NCBI GenBank assembly: GCA_951406725.2
Contig: OX597816.1
Location: 129,146,001-129,210,000, forward strand
Length of the DNA: 64,000 bases
From: Octopus vulgaris
Taxonomy: Eukaryota
Direction of reading: 5' to 3'
Of the stretch, positions 27,269 through 39,340 are shown in pieces. The notes beneath the pieces are model-generated. The model searched no databases. It saw nothing but the letters and a program-made list of their open reading frames with translations, and was not told the DNA's origin. A program made the position numbers and the translations under genes. Positions within the stretch are counted from its first letter, which is position 1. Each line of letters begins with the position of its first letter.

Positions 27269-27616
27269 CAGTGGTTCTCAACCGCTTTTCATCTTTGGAC
27301 CCCTCTTTAATTACTGTTTTATTCTGGTGGGCCCCCATAGCCATTCAATGTTTAAAAACTAGTTTTATAGAAACTTCCTTCAAAATCCCTGTTTTGTTTT
27401 CCAAACATTCATCTAAGTTGAACTATGTAAAATGGTGGAGAAAGAAACCTAACTGTTTCTTGCAATACATACCAATACATACAGCTAAAGCAAAATTTTT
27501 TACAGGGGCCTTTAAAATACTATTATGGATCCCCAATTTACTATTTTGTCATATGGACCCCCTAAAAATCTTATATGGACCCTCAGGAGCCATAATGGAC
27601 CTGTTGAGAACCACTG
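27269..27616. mobile_element. hAT (Charlie-like) MITE with 8-bp TSD
   Basis: TIR CAGTGGTTCTCAAC / GTTGAGAACCACTG; TSD CTCTACAT at 27261-27268 and 27617-27624. Confidence 0.93.
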
Positions 27617-27654
27617 CTCTACATGCTCATTGTTCTGTTAGAAATAGCAGCCAA

Positions 27655-27890
27655 GACGGCGAGCTGGGAGAAACGTTAGCGCGGCGGGCAAAATGCTTAG
27701 CAGTATTTCGTCTGCCGTTACGTTCTGAGTTCAAATTCCGCTGAGGTCGACTTTGCCTTTCATCCTTTCGGGGTCGATAAAGTACCAGTCACGCACTGGG
27801 GTGTTCGATGTAATCGACTTAATCCTTTTGCCTGTCCTTGTTTGTCCCCTTTATGTTTAGCCCCTTGTGGGCAATAAAGAAATAAGAAAC
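27655..27890 (+). mobile_element. tRNA-derived SINE with Nin/Deu-type domain, little decayed
   Basis: Head ggcgagctgggagaaacgttagc...gagttcaaattcc, body gtcgactttgcctttcatcctttcggggtcgataaa; imperfect TSD agaaatagcagccaa/agaaacagcatccaa. Decayed copies at ~6535, 30175, 31095, 53760, 55218, 58645, 58931 and 61343. Confidence 0.85.
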
Positions 27891-28424
27891 AGCATCCAAA
27901 TCTACATCTTACTTCTTTATAAAAGATACATTGGATAATGTGATTTTTGTCTTCCCTGCAAACACAAAAAAAAAAAAAAAATCAGTATGGTCAGAGTTGG
28001 AATGGTCTTCTCTTTTATGTCTAATTTGGAGTTGAACAACTGCAAGAATAACTACCACCTTCAAAGCCCATGAGGAAGCCTTTACATGATTGCTTCCTAG
28101 AAATAGCAACCAACTAATTTACCTCAAATCACCTCCTGTTATTTTTAAAATAAGAAAGATACATTGTATAATGTAGCCCTAGATACACTGAGTTTGAATT
28201 TGTGCTTAAACACACACACAAACACACATACACATATATACATATATTCATGTGTGTGTACTTATATATTTATCTATGTATTTATCTATATATCTATCCA
28301 TCTACTTAGATACATACACACACACACACACATATACACACATTTATATATAAATTTACATAAATATATGTGTGTATATATATGTGCATGTGGGGGGGGT
28401 ACACATACACACATTTATACATAC

Positions 28425-28471
<47 letters not shown>

Positions 28472-28559
28472 ACATGCATGAGTGCGTAGGTGTAGTGTGC
28501 ATGTCAACTTGATCAGAAATGACCTGGAGCTGAATATTTTTCCACCATCACCATCAACA

Positions 28560-28572
28560 CCACCAATACTAC

Positions 28573-28611
<39 letters not shown>

Positions 28612-29451
28612 TACTATCAATGACCATCACTACCAACATAGCACTGTTATACCCATGCTTTCTCTGGGACCTCCACCACAAACATCACAACCATCACATC
28701 TGTCTCTACCTTCATCACCATTACCATCATCACTAGTACCATCATCAATGCTACCATTATAAATACCACTATACCATCCCTACTACCACAACTGTCATCA
28801 CCATTATCTTTACTAGAACAACCATTTCTACCATTACCAACATGACCAACCATCAGCACTACAACAACCAATGTCACTGAAACACCACCAGCCTAACTAC
28901 CATTATCGTCACCATCGTACCATTGCTACCACCATCACCATTCCCATACTTCTATCTTCATTACCACCAATACCATTACTACAACCATCTCCACCATCAC
29001 AGCCTCCACTACTATCACAAACATCATCATTGCTACTACAGCTACTGTTGTCACCAACAGCTTCAATACTAGTCTCCACCACCATAACCATCACAACCAC
29101 TATCACCTCCACAACCACCACCACAACCACCACTACCATCACAACCATCACAGCCACTATCATTTCCAAAACCGCTATTGCCTCCACAACCACCACAATC
29201 ATCACCACCACCATCACCTCCACAACCACCACTACCACAACCATCAAAACCACCATCATCTCCACAACCACAACCACCACTACAACCATCACAACCACGA
29301 TTACCACCATCACCTCAACCTCTACCACCACTACCACCACGACTAATACAACCACAACAACCACTACAACCACCAGAAGCACAATCACCACCGACCACCA
29401 CAACTACCATAACCACAACCAACAATCACCACTACCAGCTGCTGCTGCTGC

Positions 29452-29487
<36 letters not shown>

Positions 29488-29495
29488 CCATCATA
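28560..29495. repeat. (CAT)n/(CAC)n/(ACC)n low-complexity tract
   Basis: Degenerate trinucleotide sequence; source of the Thr-, Val- and Pro-rich ORFs. Confidence 0.9.
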
Positions 29496-31891
29496 CCACT
29501 ACTATAAGCAAACATGAACTGTGGCTAATATTCAGTGATCTAGCAGACAATCTACAACTCTAACCAGTGCCAACCTAACACACTATTAAAGTCGGCCACT
29601 TAAACTCTACACCTGCTAGTCTAAAGAAAAACGCAGCAGTAGTATTCCAGCCCATCATACCACTCTTAACATATTAACATACACCACACAAATATATACA
29701 GCTCATATCATACTTTCACTTTCGTTTTCTCCTCTTCCTTCCTTCTTTCTTTCTCTTTTTCCTTTCTTTCTTTTTCTGTCTATAACTGTTTTATTTTATT
29801 TTGTGTTCCTTGTTACTGCGGGTGTTATTTTTTTATATATAGAGTTGTTTTTTCTGGGGGTCTTTTTTTCATATTTATTTTTTGATTTTTTTTTTTTTTG
29901 GTAGAGTTAGGGGAAGTGTCTTTTGCAGCAATCAAATATTTTTTTTAATTTTTATTCAAAAGAGTTTAAGGTTGCTTTTTCTTTCAATTTTTCAGAAAGG
30001 CATGAACTTCATAAATTCCTCAATATTACATTTTCATCTATAAAAAACAAAATAAATCATTTGTGCATGACTTTGTATATGTGCATATGTATGTTTGTAT
30101 ATGTGAGTTAATGTGTGTGCATCCTTGCATGAGAAATGTAAAAATTATTGTTATTATTATTGTTATTATCATTAATGAAGTGGTAAGTAAAGTGGTAGAA
30201 ATAAATTCTATATATTGTTAATTGATGACTCTATCTTTATGTGTTCAAATCCCACCAGACATAATATTGCCCTACTTCCCACCAGGGTCAATAAAATAAG
30301 TAAGTACAAATCAGAAAGCAGGGTTGACTGAATTCACTATGGTCCTTCCTCCTCCAAAAATATATGTGAAATATCCATGTTAAAGACCCATAATCAGGCT
30401 GACAAAATAAGGCTTTGTGCAGTAAAATAAATAACAGTAATATACTGAAGTTAATTCAACTCACAATAGAACTCTTTGTGTTGTTGGCAACAGACTAAAT
30501 GCCTTACAGTATTTTGAATTTATTCCTCTACATTCTATATTCAATTCCAACCAATTTTGATTCTACTACTCACTTCTCTCTGTTGGTTCAAGTAACTATA
30601 CATTGCCCTGCTTTGCCTTCTCTGCAAATTTGTGGCCCTTTTGCCAATGTAAGAAATCCTTATTCAAAGGGCCACTATATGTATTGTGAGAGTATGATCA
30701 ATGCCTATAAAGGTCCTCTCCGGTTTGTAGGCCTAGGCAAGGTTTATTTTTATGGAAAAGCAGCAATTGCCTACACATATAGGTGTCTTCTCTTTTCACT
30801 AATGTTGTACAAGGCTGGTGTCAAGGGCTGGTACAGCCTGGCAAGAACATCCTCACAGCTGTTGTCATCAGAACATGAGGTGATAGCACAGATACAACAA
30901 GGCTTATAGTCTAACACTAGCAATTATATCATTCATCTGCCTTAGACATGTACGTTATTTATCAACCCTGGAAGGATAAAAGGCAAAGTTTGCCTCAGCA
31001 GGAATTGAACACTGAGGGCAAAAACCCAGAACAAGTAAATGCCAGTCATTTTGTCCACCTCATAATGGTAAAAAAAAAAACATCATTGCTCTATTGGCAA
31101 ATTCTTTAGTGTCAGACAAAAGGCCATGTGGTATTTAGTTACATCCCTTTATGTTATGAGTTCAAATTCCGCTGGGGTCAACTTTGCCTTTCATCTTCAC
31201 AGAGTCAATAGAATAAAGAACCATTGAAGTAATGGGGTCGATTTAATCGACTAACCCCTCCCCCAAAATATCTGGCCTTGTGGCTATGTTAGAAACGATT
31301 ATTTATAAATAGGTCAGGCAGTTTATCAGAAATGTTATAACAGCAAACCAAGAACCTCTCAGAGTTCTGTTCTATGTAGAAACCTCTCCTAAAATGGCTT
31401 TGCATTTCATACCACTAGCATCCATACAGTAAATATCATTGATATACTGTCTTTCAATGTGCCGGAAAGATAGTATATTAATCTCCCTTCTTTTGGTGAA
31501 CTTAAGAAAACCATAATGAAAAGTAGGGTAGCCGTTTATTCTGTTTTAATTTCAGTACGAAACCCTTCAATTTACCAACACCAATGATGTTGTTGGGAAA
31601 AGCATGAACGTCACAGCTTGATACTTTTCCCATCCTAAAAACATTAATGTTCATGATGGTTATTAGAAAGAATTATTTCTCTTATTAAAACTATTTCCTT
31701 CCCTTTATGTCATTAAACTCTTTCGGAAAGGCATAAACGCCGCAATTCATTTTCTTCTCCTAAAGAAATTTATCCTCCCAGACTAAGTAATAAACTATTA
31801 TTATCATCATGGTTTCTCTTTCCTCTTATTTTTAAACATAAAGATTTTATTTACATACATATATACATATGTATGTATATGTATGAGTGAG

Positions 31892-31948
<57 letters not shown>

Positions 31949-32137
31949 CATATATGCACACACACACACACGAGCATGTGTGTGCGTATGTGTATGTATG
32001 TGTATGTATATGTGTATGTATATGTGTGTATATATATGTGTGTATATATATATGTATATATGTATGTATGTATGTATGTATGAATTTATGGCGTTCTTTG
32101 TTTCTGTTTTTTTTTATTTTTGCTTTTGCTTTTATTT

Positions 32138-32217
<80 letters not shown>

Positions 32218-32420
32218 TTCCCCGGATTTATTCTATCGCTCCCATAATTCTCTCCGCATATAAACCATTTGTTGCGTGTTTGTTCCAAGGTGAATTCGTA
32301 GTGGAAAAGCAAGCAGAGATGACGTCACACACTGACTGTAGTAGATTAACGTACGCAAATTGTTCTCCGTCCACCACTAGTTACCTCCCTTACATCTTAT
32401 CATAGCCTGCTGCGATTCTT
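32218..32420. promoter_or_regulatory. CpG-retaining unique segment with a CRE palindrome; candidate enhancer, promoter or small exon
   Basis: About 10 CpG in 200 bp, TGACGTCA at 32320-32327, TATAAA near 32259. Confidence 0.35.
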
Positions 32421-32926
32421 GTTAGAGGATTGATACAATAATTATAGTGAACAATTGCTTTTAGTTGTTTTATTATTTCTTTTCTTTCTTTTTTTCTTTT
32501 TGTTTCCTTGCACTCAATTCCTTGTTACCATTTTTAGTTTCCATTGTTCTAATTTTTGCCTAAGAAACTATTGTTGTATGTCACACATGCATGCAATAAC
32601 ATAGTCATGTCTATATACTAAATTCCATATTTCCCAATCTTGCCATTATTTTTTTCTTCTGTTCATAATGGAACACGTGCACGAACACACTATGTATGTG
32701 TGTATGTATGTATGTGTGTGTGTGTGAGAAAGAGAGAGAGAGAATTATGTACGTGTGTGTTTGTGTGTGTGTGCACGTACGTACGTACCTATGGATGTAT
32801 ATTTGTATGCATGTGTATGTATGTATGTATGTGTGTGTGTGTATGTGTGTATGTATGTATGTACGTATGTAAGTGTGTGCGTGTGTGTGAGAGAGAGAGA
32901 ATGTATGTATGTATGTAAATGAGAGA

Positions 32927-33303
32927 GTGGAGGCGCAGTGGCCTAGTGGTTAGGGCAACAGACTCATGGTCGTGAGATCGCAGTTTCAATTCCCAAACTG
33001 TGTGTTGTGAGTGTTTATTTAGCGAAAACATCTAAAGCTCCACGAGGCTCCAGCAGGGGGAGGGGTCCTGCTGTACTCTTTCGCCACAACTTTCTCTCAC
33101 TCTTTCTTCCTGTTTCTATTGTACCTGCATTTCAAAGGGCCAGCTTTGTCACACATTGTGTCACGCTGAATCTCCCCAAGAACTACATAAAGGGAACACG
33201 TGTCTGTGGAGTGCTCAGCCACTTACACGTTAATTTCATGAAAAGTGTTCCATTGATCAGATCAACTGGAATCTTCATCATCGTAACTGACGGAGTGCCA
33301 CAA
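32927..33303 (+). mobile_element. tRNA-derived SINE, full length
   Basis: A box tggcctagtggt, B box gtttcaattccc; an inverted sister copy lies at 57027-57410. Confidence 0.88.
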
Positions 33304-33335
33304 TATATGAGAGAATGTATGTGCGTATGCATGTA

Positions 33336-34252
33336 CAGGGGTTGGACAAAATAATGCATCATAGCATCATAATTTTGAAATATCTATAAAACCGTCAAAA
33401 GCATGTTTATTTTTACATTTTTTTTATTTATTATTAGTGTTGCTTAATATGTTTTGTTAAAATTACTGTTTCTTTTCAGATATCATCAGAAAAAGGTAAA
33501 TAAAATTCATTAAAATGACAGATCTCTCAGACTTTCAAAGAGGTCAAATTGTTGGTGCTCATATGGCAGGCGCTAGTGTAGCAAAAACAGCCAAAATGTT
33601 TGGTGTATCAAGAAGTACTGTCTCGAAAGTAATGGCAGCCTTTGAAAAAGAGGGGAAAAAACCTCCTTGTCAAAACAAAATTCCAGAAGAAAACCAAAAC
33701 TTTCAGATAGGACCATCAGATGCTTACACAAATTGTTAGAAAGGATCACAAAAGTACAGCTCCCAAAATTACTAAAGAAATTAATGAGCTCTTCGAGAAC
33801 CCAGTTTCCACAAAAAACTGCTTGCCAGGAGCTGCACAAAGCCAGATTTCATGGGAGGACTGCAATCAGAAAACCATTACTTGCAAAAACAAACGTTGCA
33901 AAGCATTTAGAGTGGAGTAAAAACGTACAGAATTAGTCCCTAGAGCAGTGGAAGAATGTTATTTTCTTGGACAAATCATCCTTTACCATATTTCCGACCA
34001 TTGGCCAAGTATACATGTGGAGACAGCCAAAAGAAGCATTTGACCCAGACTGCCTTTTTCCAACTGTTAAACATGGAGGAGGATCTATGATGATCTGGGG
34101 GGGTTATATCTTGGAAATGCACCAACCCAATGGTTTCCCTTCATGGCAGAATTAATAGTCAAGACTGTTTAAGCATTTTATCTGATCAAATTCCTCCTGT
34201 GGTTGCAGAACTGTTTCTGGAGGGAAACACAATCTTTGAGGATGATAATGCA
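33336..34252 (+). mobile_element. Tc1 transposon, frameshifted and 3'-truncated
   Basis: TA+CAGGGGTTGGACAAAATAATG TIR; MTDLSDFQRGQIVG..GVSRSTVSKV HTH, RKPKLSDR, IRKPLL, PTVKHGGGSMMIWG, FEDDNA. Confidence 0.93.
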
Positions 34253-34308
34253 TATGTATGTGTGTGTATGTATGTGTGTGAAAGTGTGTATGTGTAATGT
34301 ATGTAGTG

Positions 34309-34672
34309 AAGGCGCAAGGCTCAGTGGTTAGAGCATCGAGTTTACAATCATGAGGTTATGAGTTCGATTCCTGGACCAGGCTGTGTGTTGCATTCTTGAG
34401 CAAGACACTTTATTTCACATTGCTCCAGTTCATTCAGCTGCAGAAATGAATTTCAACGTCACTGGTGCCAAGTTGTATCGGCCTTTGCCTTTTCTTTGGA
34501 TAACATTAGTGACATTGAGAGGGGAGACTGGTATGCATGTGTGACTGCTGGTCTTCCATAAAAAAAACAATCCTAGGTGGTGCATTTACCGGTGAAGCGA
34601 CTTTCCACCCAGACTTGTACCCTGGAGAGGAACCTCTTAGGTGCTCCCATGGTCATTCGTGACCGACAGAGT
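34309..34672 (+). mobile_element. tRNA-derived SINE (Meta-like body)
   Basis: ggctcagtggttagagc...gagttcgattcc; same family as 59128-59453. Confidence 0.85.
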
Positions 34673-34828
34673 CAAGTTTATGTATGTATGTATGTATGTA
34701 TGTGTGTGAGAAAGAGAGAGAGAAAGAATGTTTGTACATGTGTGTATGTATGTGTGTGTGCATGCATATATGTATGTGCGTGTATGTGTGAAAAAGTATG
34801 TATGTGTATGTATGTATGTTTGTGTCAG

Positions 34829-35378
34829 GTCACTTTTGAGTGCTACTGGTAACATGTAACCCAGTACAACCTGTTGCATGGTCGGGTCGTCGGTGACTAA
34901 ACTGGCAACCCCACCAGGCTTGCTTGGTGAAGAGGGTGTTTATTGGACATCCTGCGGGATGAAAAACAAAACTCGTCAAAGGGCGGAGGAACACTTGAGA
35001 GTCAATAGCCATCCAATAAATGTCTTAAGGCTGGATCATGCACGGGGTCATAGAAATAATCGGACTGAATACCCGATCGCGCGGTTAAACCATTGGGAAT
35101 GAAGGACTCCTAGCCTTTGTTAGTGCATCCTTCTAGGAGAAGGTAACTCGGGTAACTGGGATAACTCCGATATAAAACCTGCGGCTCAGTGGTTACCGAT
35201 GATGTTGACTTGTTCTTCTTTTCGGATTATGGCTGCTGTTGTTTAATGAGTGGGATTGACTCAGTGCACAGCCTTTCCCCACTTTAAAAAAAATCTTCTT
35301 GCACAGGCATTGCATGATAACAACATTGACTAAGCTTCGTGCAATGGCTATACTCAATAACGAGGGGGCAGCCACCAT
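34829..35378 (+). mobile_element. Non-autonomous bipartite RTE-derived element (5'-UTR-like part plus RTE-like 3' end)
   Basis: RTE 5'-UTR-like tctaggagaaggtaactc; 3' end atggctatactcaataacgagggggcagccacc resembles the tail at ~37815; flanked by (TATG)n. Confidence 0.55.
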
Positions 35379-36224
35379 GTATGTATGTATGTATGTGTGT
35401 GTATGTATGTATGTGTGTGTGTGTGTATGAATGTGTGTGTATGTATGCTGGTGTATAAATTTGTGTATATATGTTGGTATGTATGTATTAACACACATTT
35501 ATATCTACATGTCTGAAAATGTATATAAATACACACACACACACATAAATATAAATGTACATTAATACATGCAAACATACATACACATAGTTTCACACAC
35601 ATTCATACACACACAGACACGCACTTATACATATATAGATATGCATTAGATATAGATACAGATATATAGATATGTGTGTTTGTTTGTGTGTGTGTATGTG
35701 TGTGTGTGTGTGTGTGTGTGTTGATATATTGTGTGTTTCTGTACATGTGTGCATATATGCAGGCATACATGCATGTAAGGTTTAATAAGAATAAATTCAC
35801 TTCGTAGGTACGTGGTCTTTGGTTCAGCTCCACAGTAAAACTCACTTGGCAAGTCTTCCACTTAGGCTTCAGGGTGGCTAAAGCCTTGTGAGTGTAATGT
35901 GGGGGCAAAAACTGCATTGGAGCCTATCATATATGAAAAGGTGCTGCAAAAGTTCTGGGCTTTGGCTAAAAAAAAAAATACAGGAGGATCAGTTAATTAT
36001 GATTTTCTCCAACATATTCCTCTTTCATGGGGAATGTGTGTGTGTACTAGAGCAAACATGTTATCTCTAAGATAGCATGCTTTACATTGATTTGATATCA
36101 TCATCATCATCATTGTCATCATTTAACTTCCATTTTCCATGCTGGTATGGGTTGAACGGTTTGACCAGAGCTGTCAAGCAGGAGAGCTGTACCAGGTTCC
36201 AGTCAGTTGCAGTTTTTACCTGTT

Positions 36225-36900
36225 TTTACCTCTGTTGACAACCAAAGGTATTTCTGATTGAAAGGAAGATTATATGATGCATGTATACGAACAGCAATGT
36301 TACATAGTCATCAGACATGGGCCCTGAATGTAGAGGATATATGAAGGCTAGGTGGGGGAATGTAATAAGTATGCTCTGGTAGATGTGCAGTGGAAGTGTA
36401 CATGTACAATAGAGTGCTAGTGTATTGAGAGAAGAGTTAGGCATAAGAGAAATTTGATGCAACATGGAAGAGAGAAGATCGCACTTGTTTGGCCATGAGA
36501 TGCAGATGGATGTAGACAGCTACATAAATAAGGTCTAATCATTTACAATGGATGGAACAAGAGAAAGAGGGTGACCAGGATGACATTGGATGAAATAATG
36601 AAGGCTGATCTCAGGACACTGAGCCTTATGATGGACTAAGATATCTAATAGACTGAGACATCTAATAGACTGAGATCCCCAATGGACTGAGATATCTAGC
36701 ACCTTGCTGTACTCAAAATTTCCCACCCACCACACCAAAATTTTTAACACTCCTCCACCAGCTGTAGAGGTTTTTGCCTTGCAAGAGCCCTTGTGTGGTC
36801 CATATAAAAAGCACCCATATTTGTCCACATAAAAAACACCCAGCACATGCAGTAAAATGGTTGACATAAGGAAGGGTATCCAGCTGCAGAAATCATGCCA
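36225..36900 (+). mobile_element. RTE LINE ORF C-terminal remnant with 3' UTR
   Basis: LYDACIRTAMLHS..TWAL..SVLREELGIREI..LFGHE..; ends in aggaagggtatccagctgcagaaa. Confidence 0.85.
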
Positions 36901-37369
36901 AATGAAACTGATATTGTATCACATATTCCTATAGTGTATACTCAGCTGGCAAAAGTGAGTTGTACCTGTATTTTAAAGGGCCAGCCTTGTCACACTTTGT
37001 ATCATACTGAATTTCCCTGAGAGCTACATTAAGGGTACACGTGTCTGTGGAGTGCTCAGCCACTTGCATGTTAATTTCACGAGCAAGCTATTCTGTTAAT
37101 CGTATCAGCTGGGACCCTCGTCGTTGTAACTGATGGAGTGCTCTTTTTTTTTTTTATATAAGGATACATATGCATAAGTATGCATATGTATACATATGGC
37201 ATGCATGAGGGAAGAACACTGGCAAGACATGCAACATGAAAGAAGTTCAAATGTCAATAGCAGAAAACATTAAATAGAGTTATAAGATGAAATGCAATTA
37301 TGTTGAAAGAAACATATGTTTATAAAGCAATGAAAAATTATTACCTAAATATTGACAATAAAGTTTATA

Positions 37370-37850
37370 TAAGAGAGTGCATAGTGGTTGTTCAAGGTTT
37401 GAGGGAGAGAAAATGAAGCAGGGAAAGATTAAGAGAAGGCTTAGAAGGAATGAACTTGTGGAGAATGAGGGAGTGTTGCTTTTTGTGTGTGTGGTTTGTG
37501 GGACGAGGTGCTTGAGTCATGCGGGCCTGGTCAGCCATCAAAGAACTCACAGGAATCAACAAATGGTAAATTGTGATTTGGCTATTGCTCACAACAGAAC
37601 ATGTGCAACATGTGGAAAGGTGTGCTTCTCAGTTGGAGGATTGAAAAGGCATGTCAAAAGAGTTCATACTCTGGCACCTGTTTCTTCTGCCAGCCAGCAC
37701 AGCTGTGCATTATGTAACAGAATGTGCAAAACTTTCAGCTGGCTCAAGAGTCATACAAGGTCTTCACATTACATCAACATTGATTCATTTCAATAACTTT
37801 TGATTTTTTCTGGTAATGGCTTTGCTCATATACGAGAAAGCAACCAAGAT
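37370..37850 (+). mobile_element. LINE (probably RTE) 3' end encoding three C2H2 zinc fingers
   Basis: CVVC..HQRTH, CATC..HVKRVH and CALC..HTRSSH after a basic helix; no TGEKP linkers; RTE-type tail, then (TA)n. Confidence 0.7.
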
Positions 37851-38021
37851 TATATATATATATATATATATATGAATGTATGTATGTATATATTGGCCTG
37901 CTTGCCTAGTCAGCTGGGTGTCATCATTTGAAAGTTAAAACAATACAAACCACATTGTGACCAGCAATGTATAGCAACATTCAATAGTCTAGTTGATATG
38001 ATGATACCATGATATATATAT

Positions 38022-38365
38022 ATCATCATCATCAGGATCATCATTGTTTAACATCCATTTTCCATGCTAGCATGGGCTGGACAGTTCAACCGGGATCTGG
38101 ATAACCAGGAGGCTGCACCAGGCTCCAGTCTGATCTGATAGTGTTTCTACAAGTGAATGCCCTTCCTAACACCAACCACTCTGTGAAAATTTTATGTGCG
38201 ACCAACACAGGATCCAGAGGAGGCTGGCAACAGCCACGATCAGCTGGTGCTTTTTACGTGCCACCAGCACAGAAGCCAGTCAAGGCGGCACTGACATCAG
38301 CCACGTTCGGATGGTGCTTTTTACGTGCCACTAGTATGGGTATCACAACTACAATTTCCATTTGA
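38022..38365 (-). mobile_element. RTE LINE 3' UTR copy
   Basis: (ATC)n tail, ttttccatgctagcatggg, tgcccttcctaacacc. Confidence 0.85.
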
Positions 38366-38744
38366 TTTTCATGTATGCATGTATATATACACACACACAC
38401 TTCGATGCATTTTTAATGTATTCAGTATTCATTAATAAACATATTATTATCATAAATACAATTATCCTATCTATGTTTATTTACACTGAAACATTGAGCC
38501 CATCTCATTCACATTACTGTCATACTTTTGATGCAAAAAAGGATGAAAGAAGTGTATTGTTTGTTCATATATAACATGCAGTTATATAATCAAAAATTGC
38601 GACATACAAAATGAAAGTGAAGCAAAGTAAGCCAATATATAGATATTTAATAGCAATGTTATCTTAGCATTACTTGTGGTGAAAAGAAAAATAATAGAAG
38701 TATGTTTACCTTGTTAAAGCAATAGTCATGCCTATACAATTATT

Positions 38745-39340
38745 CCCCACCACCACTCTGATTTTGTTTCCCCATAATTTTCAGAAAATGGATATTTTTT
38801 AATTTCTATACATATTCTTCAGATGTGGTAGATTCCGATTATGTTAGAATTCATTTAAAATTTTTTGTGAGGGATGTGTTTTTAAATGAAATTTTCTACA
38901 AATACCTTGCAGAGTGTATATTTGATATGAAAATTAAAGTGGTGAGCATGCACAGATACATACTGATATACGTCACAAATTTTTTCCAAAATTTCACGTT
39001 TCAGTTTGTAGATATAGGTGATGCGTGTTAGTATGTTTGTGTGTGAGACCACCATTTTTGATTTTCATATTAAATCCTGATATGATTATAATCTACACAC
39101 TCTGAAAAGTATTTTAGAAAATTTTACCAAAAAATATCCATTTTTCAGGAAGTTATGTGAAAAGAAAGCCAACTATTGTGAATTTTCCACAACTCCTCTC
39201 CCCATCCACTGAAAAACGTTTTCACAACAAATTCCAATATAATTGGGATTTACACCAGCTGAAGCATATTGGTAGAAAATTTCATTTAAAAATATCCATT
39301 TTCCTGGAAGTTATGAGAAAAGAAATTCGGGGTTGGGGGT
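38745..39340. mobile_element. Fold-back/MITE-like element with ~130-bp imperfect TIRs and an internal subrepeat
   Basis: cataattttcagaaaatggatatttt (38773) is mirrored by aaaatatccattttcctggaagttatg (39289) and again at 39130. Confidence 0.7.

Noticed and set aside
26607-27362. 251-aa hydrophobic repeat protein
   Set aside because: A frame through a 21-bp minisatellite running into a MITE; no sign of coding constraint
28871-29563. Mucin-like Thr-rich 230-aa ORF
   Set aside because: Degenerate (ACC/CAC)n tract open in several frames and on both strands; no signal peptide, domain or splice support
32927-33000. tRNA gene (also at 4268, 34309, 47454 and 56561)
   Set aside because: The A and B boxes are SINE heads that continue into SINE bodies; no complete cloverleaf
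37377-37796. Host C2H2 transcription-factor gene
   Set aside because: No canonical linkers, no ATG start, and a LINE-type tail follows; kept as a LINE relic
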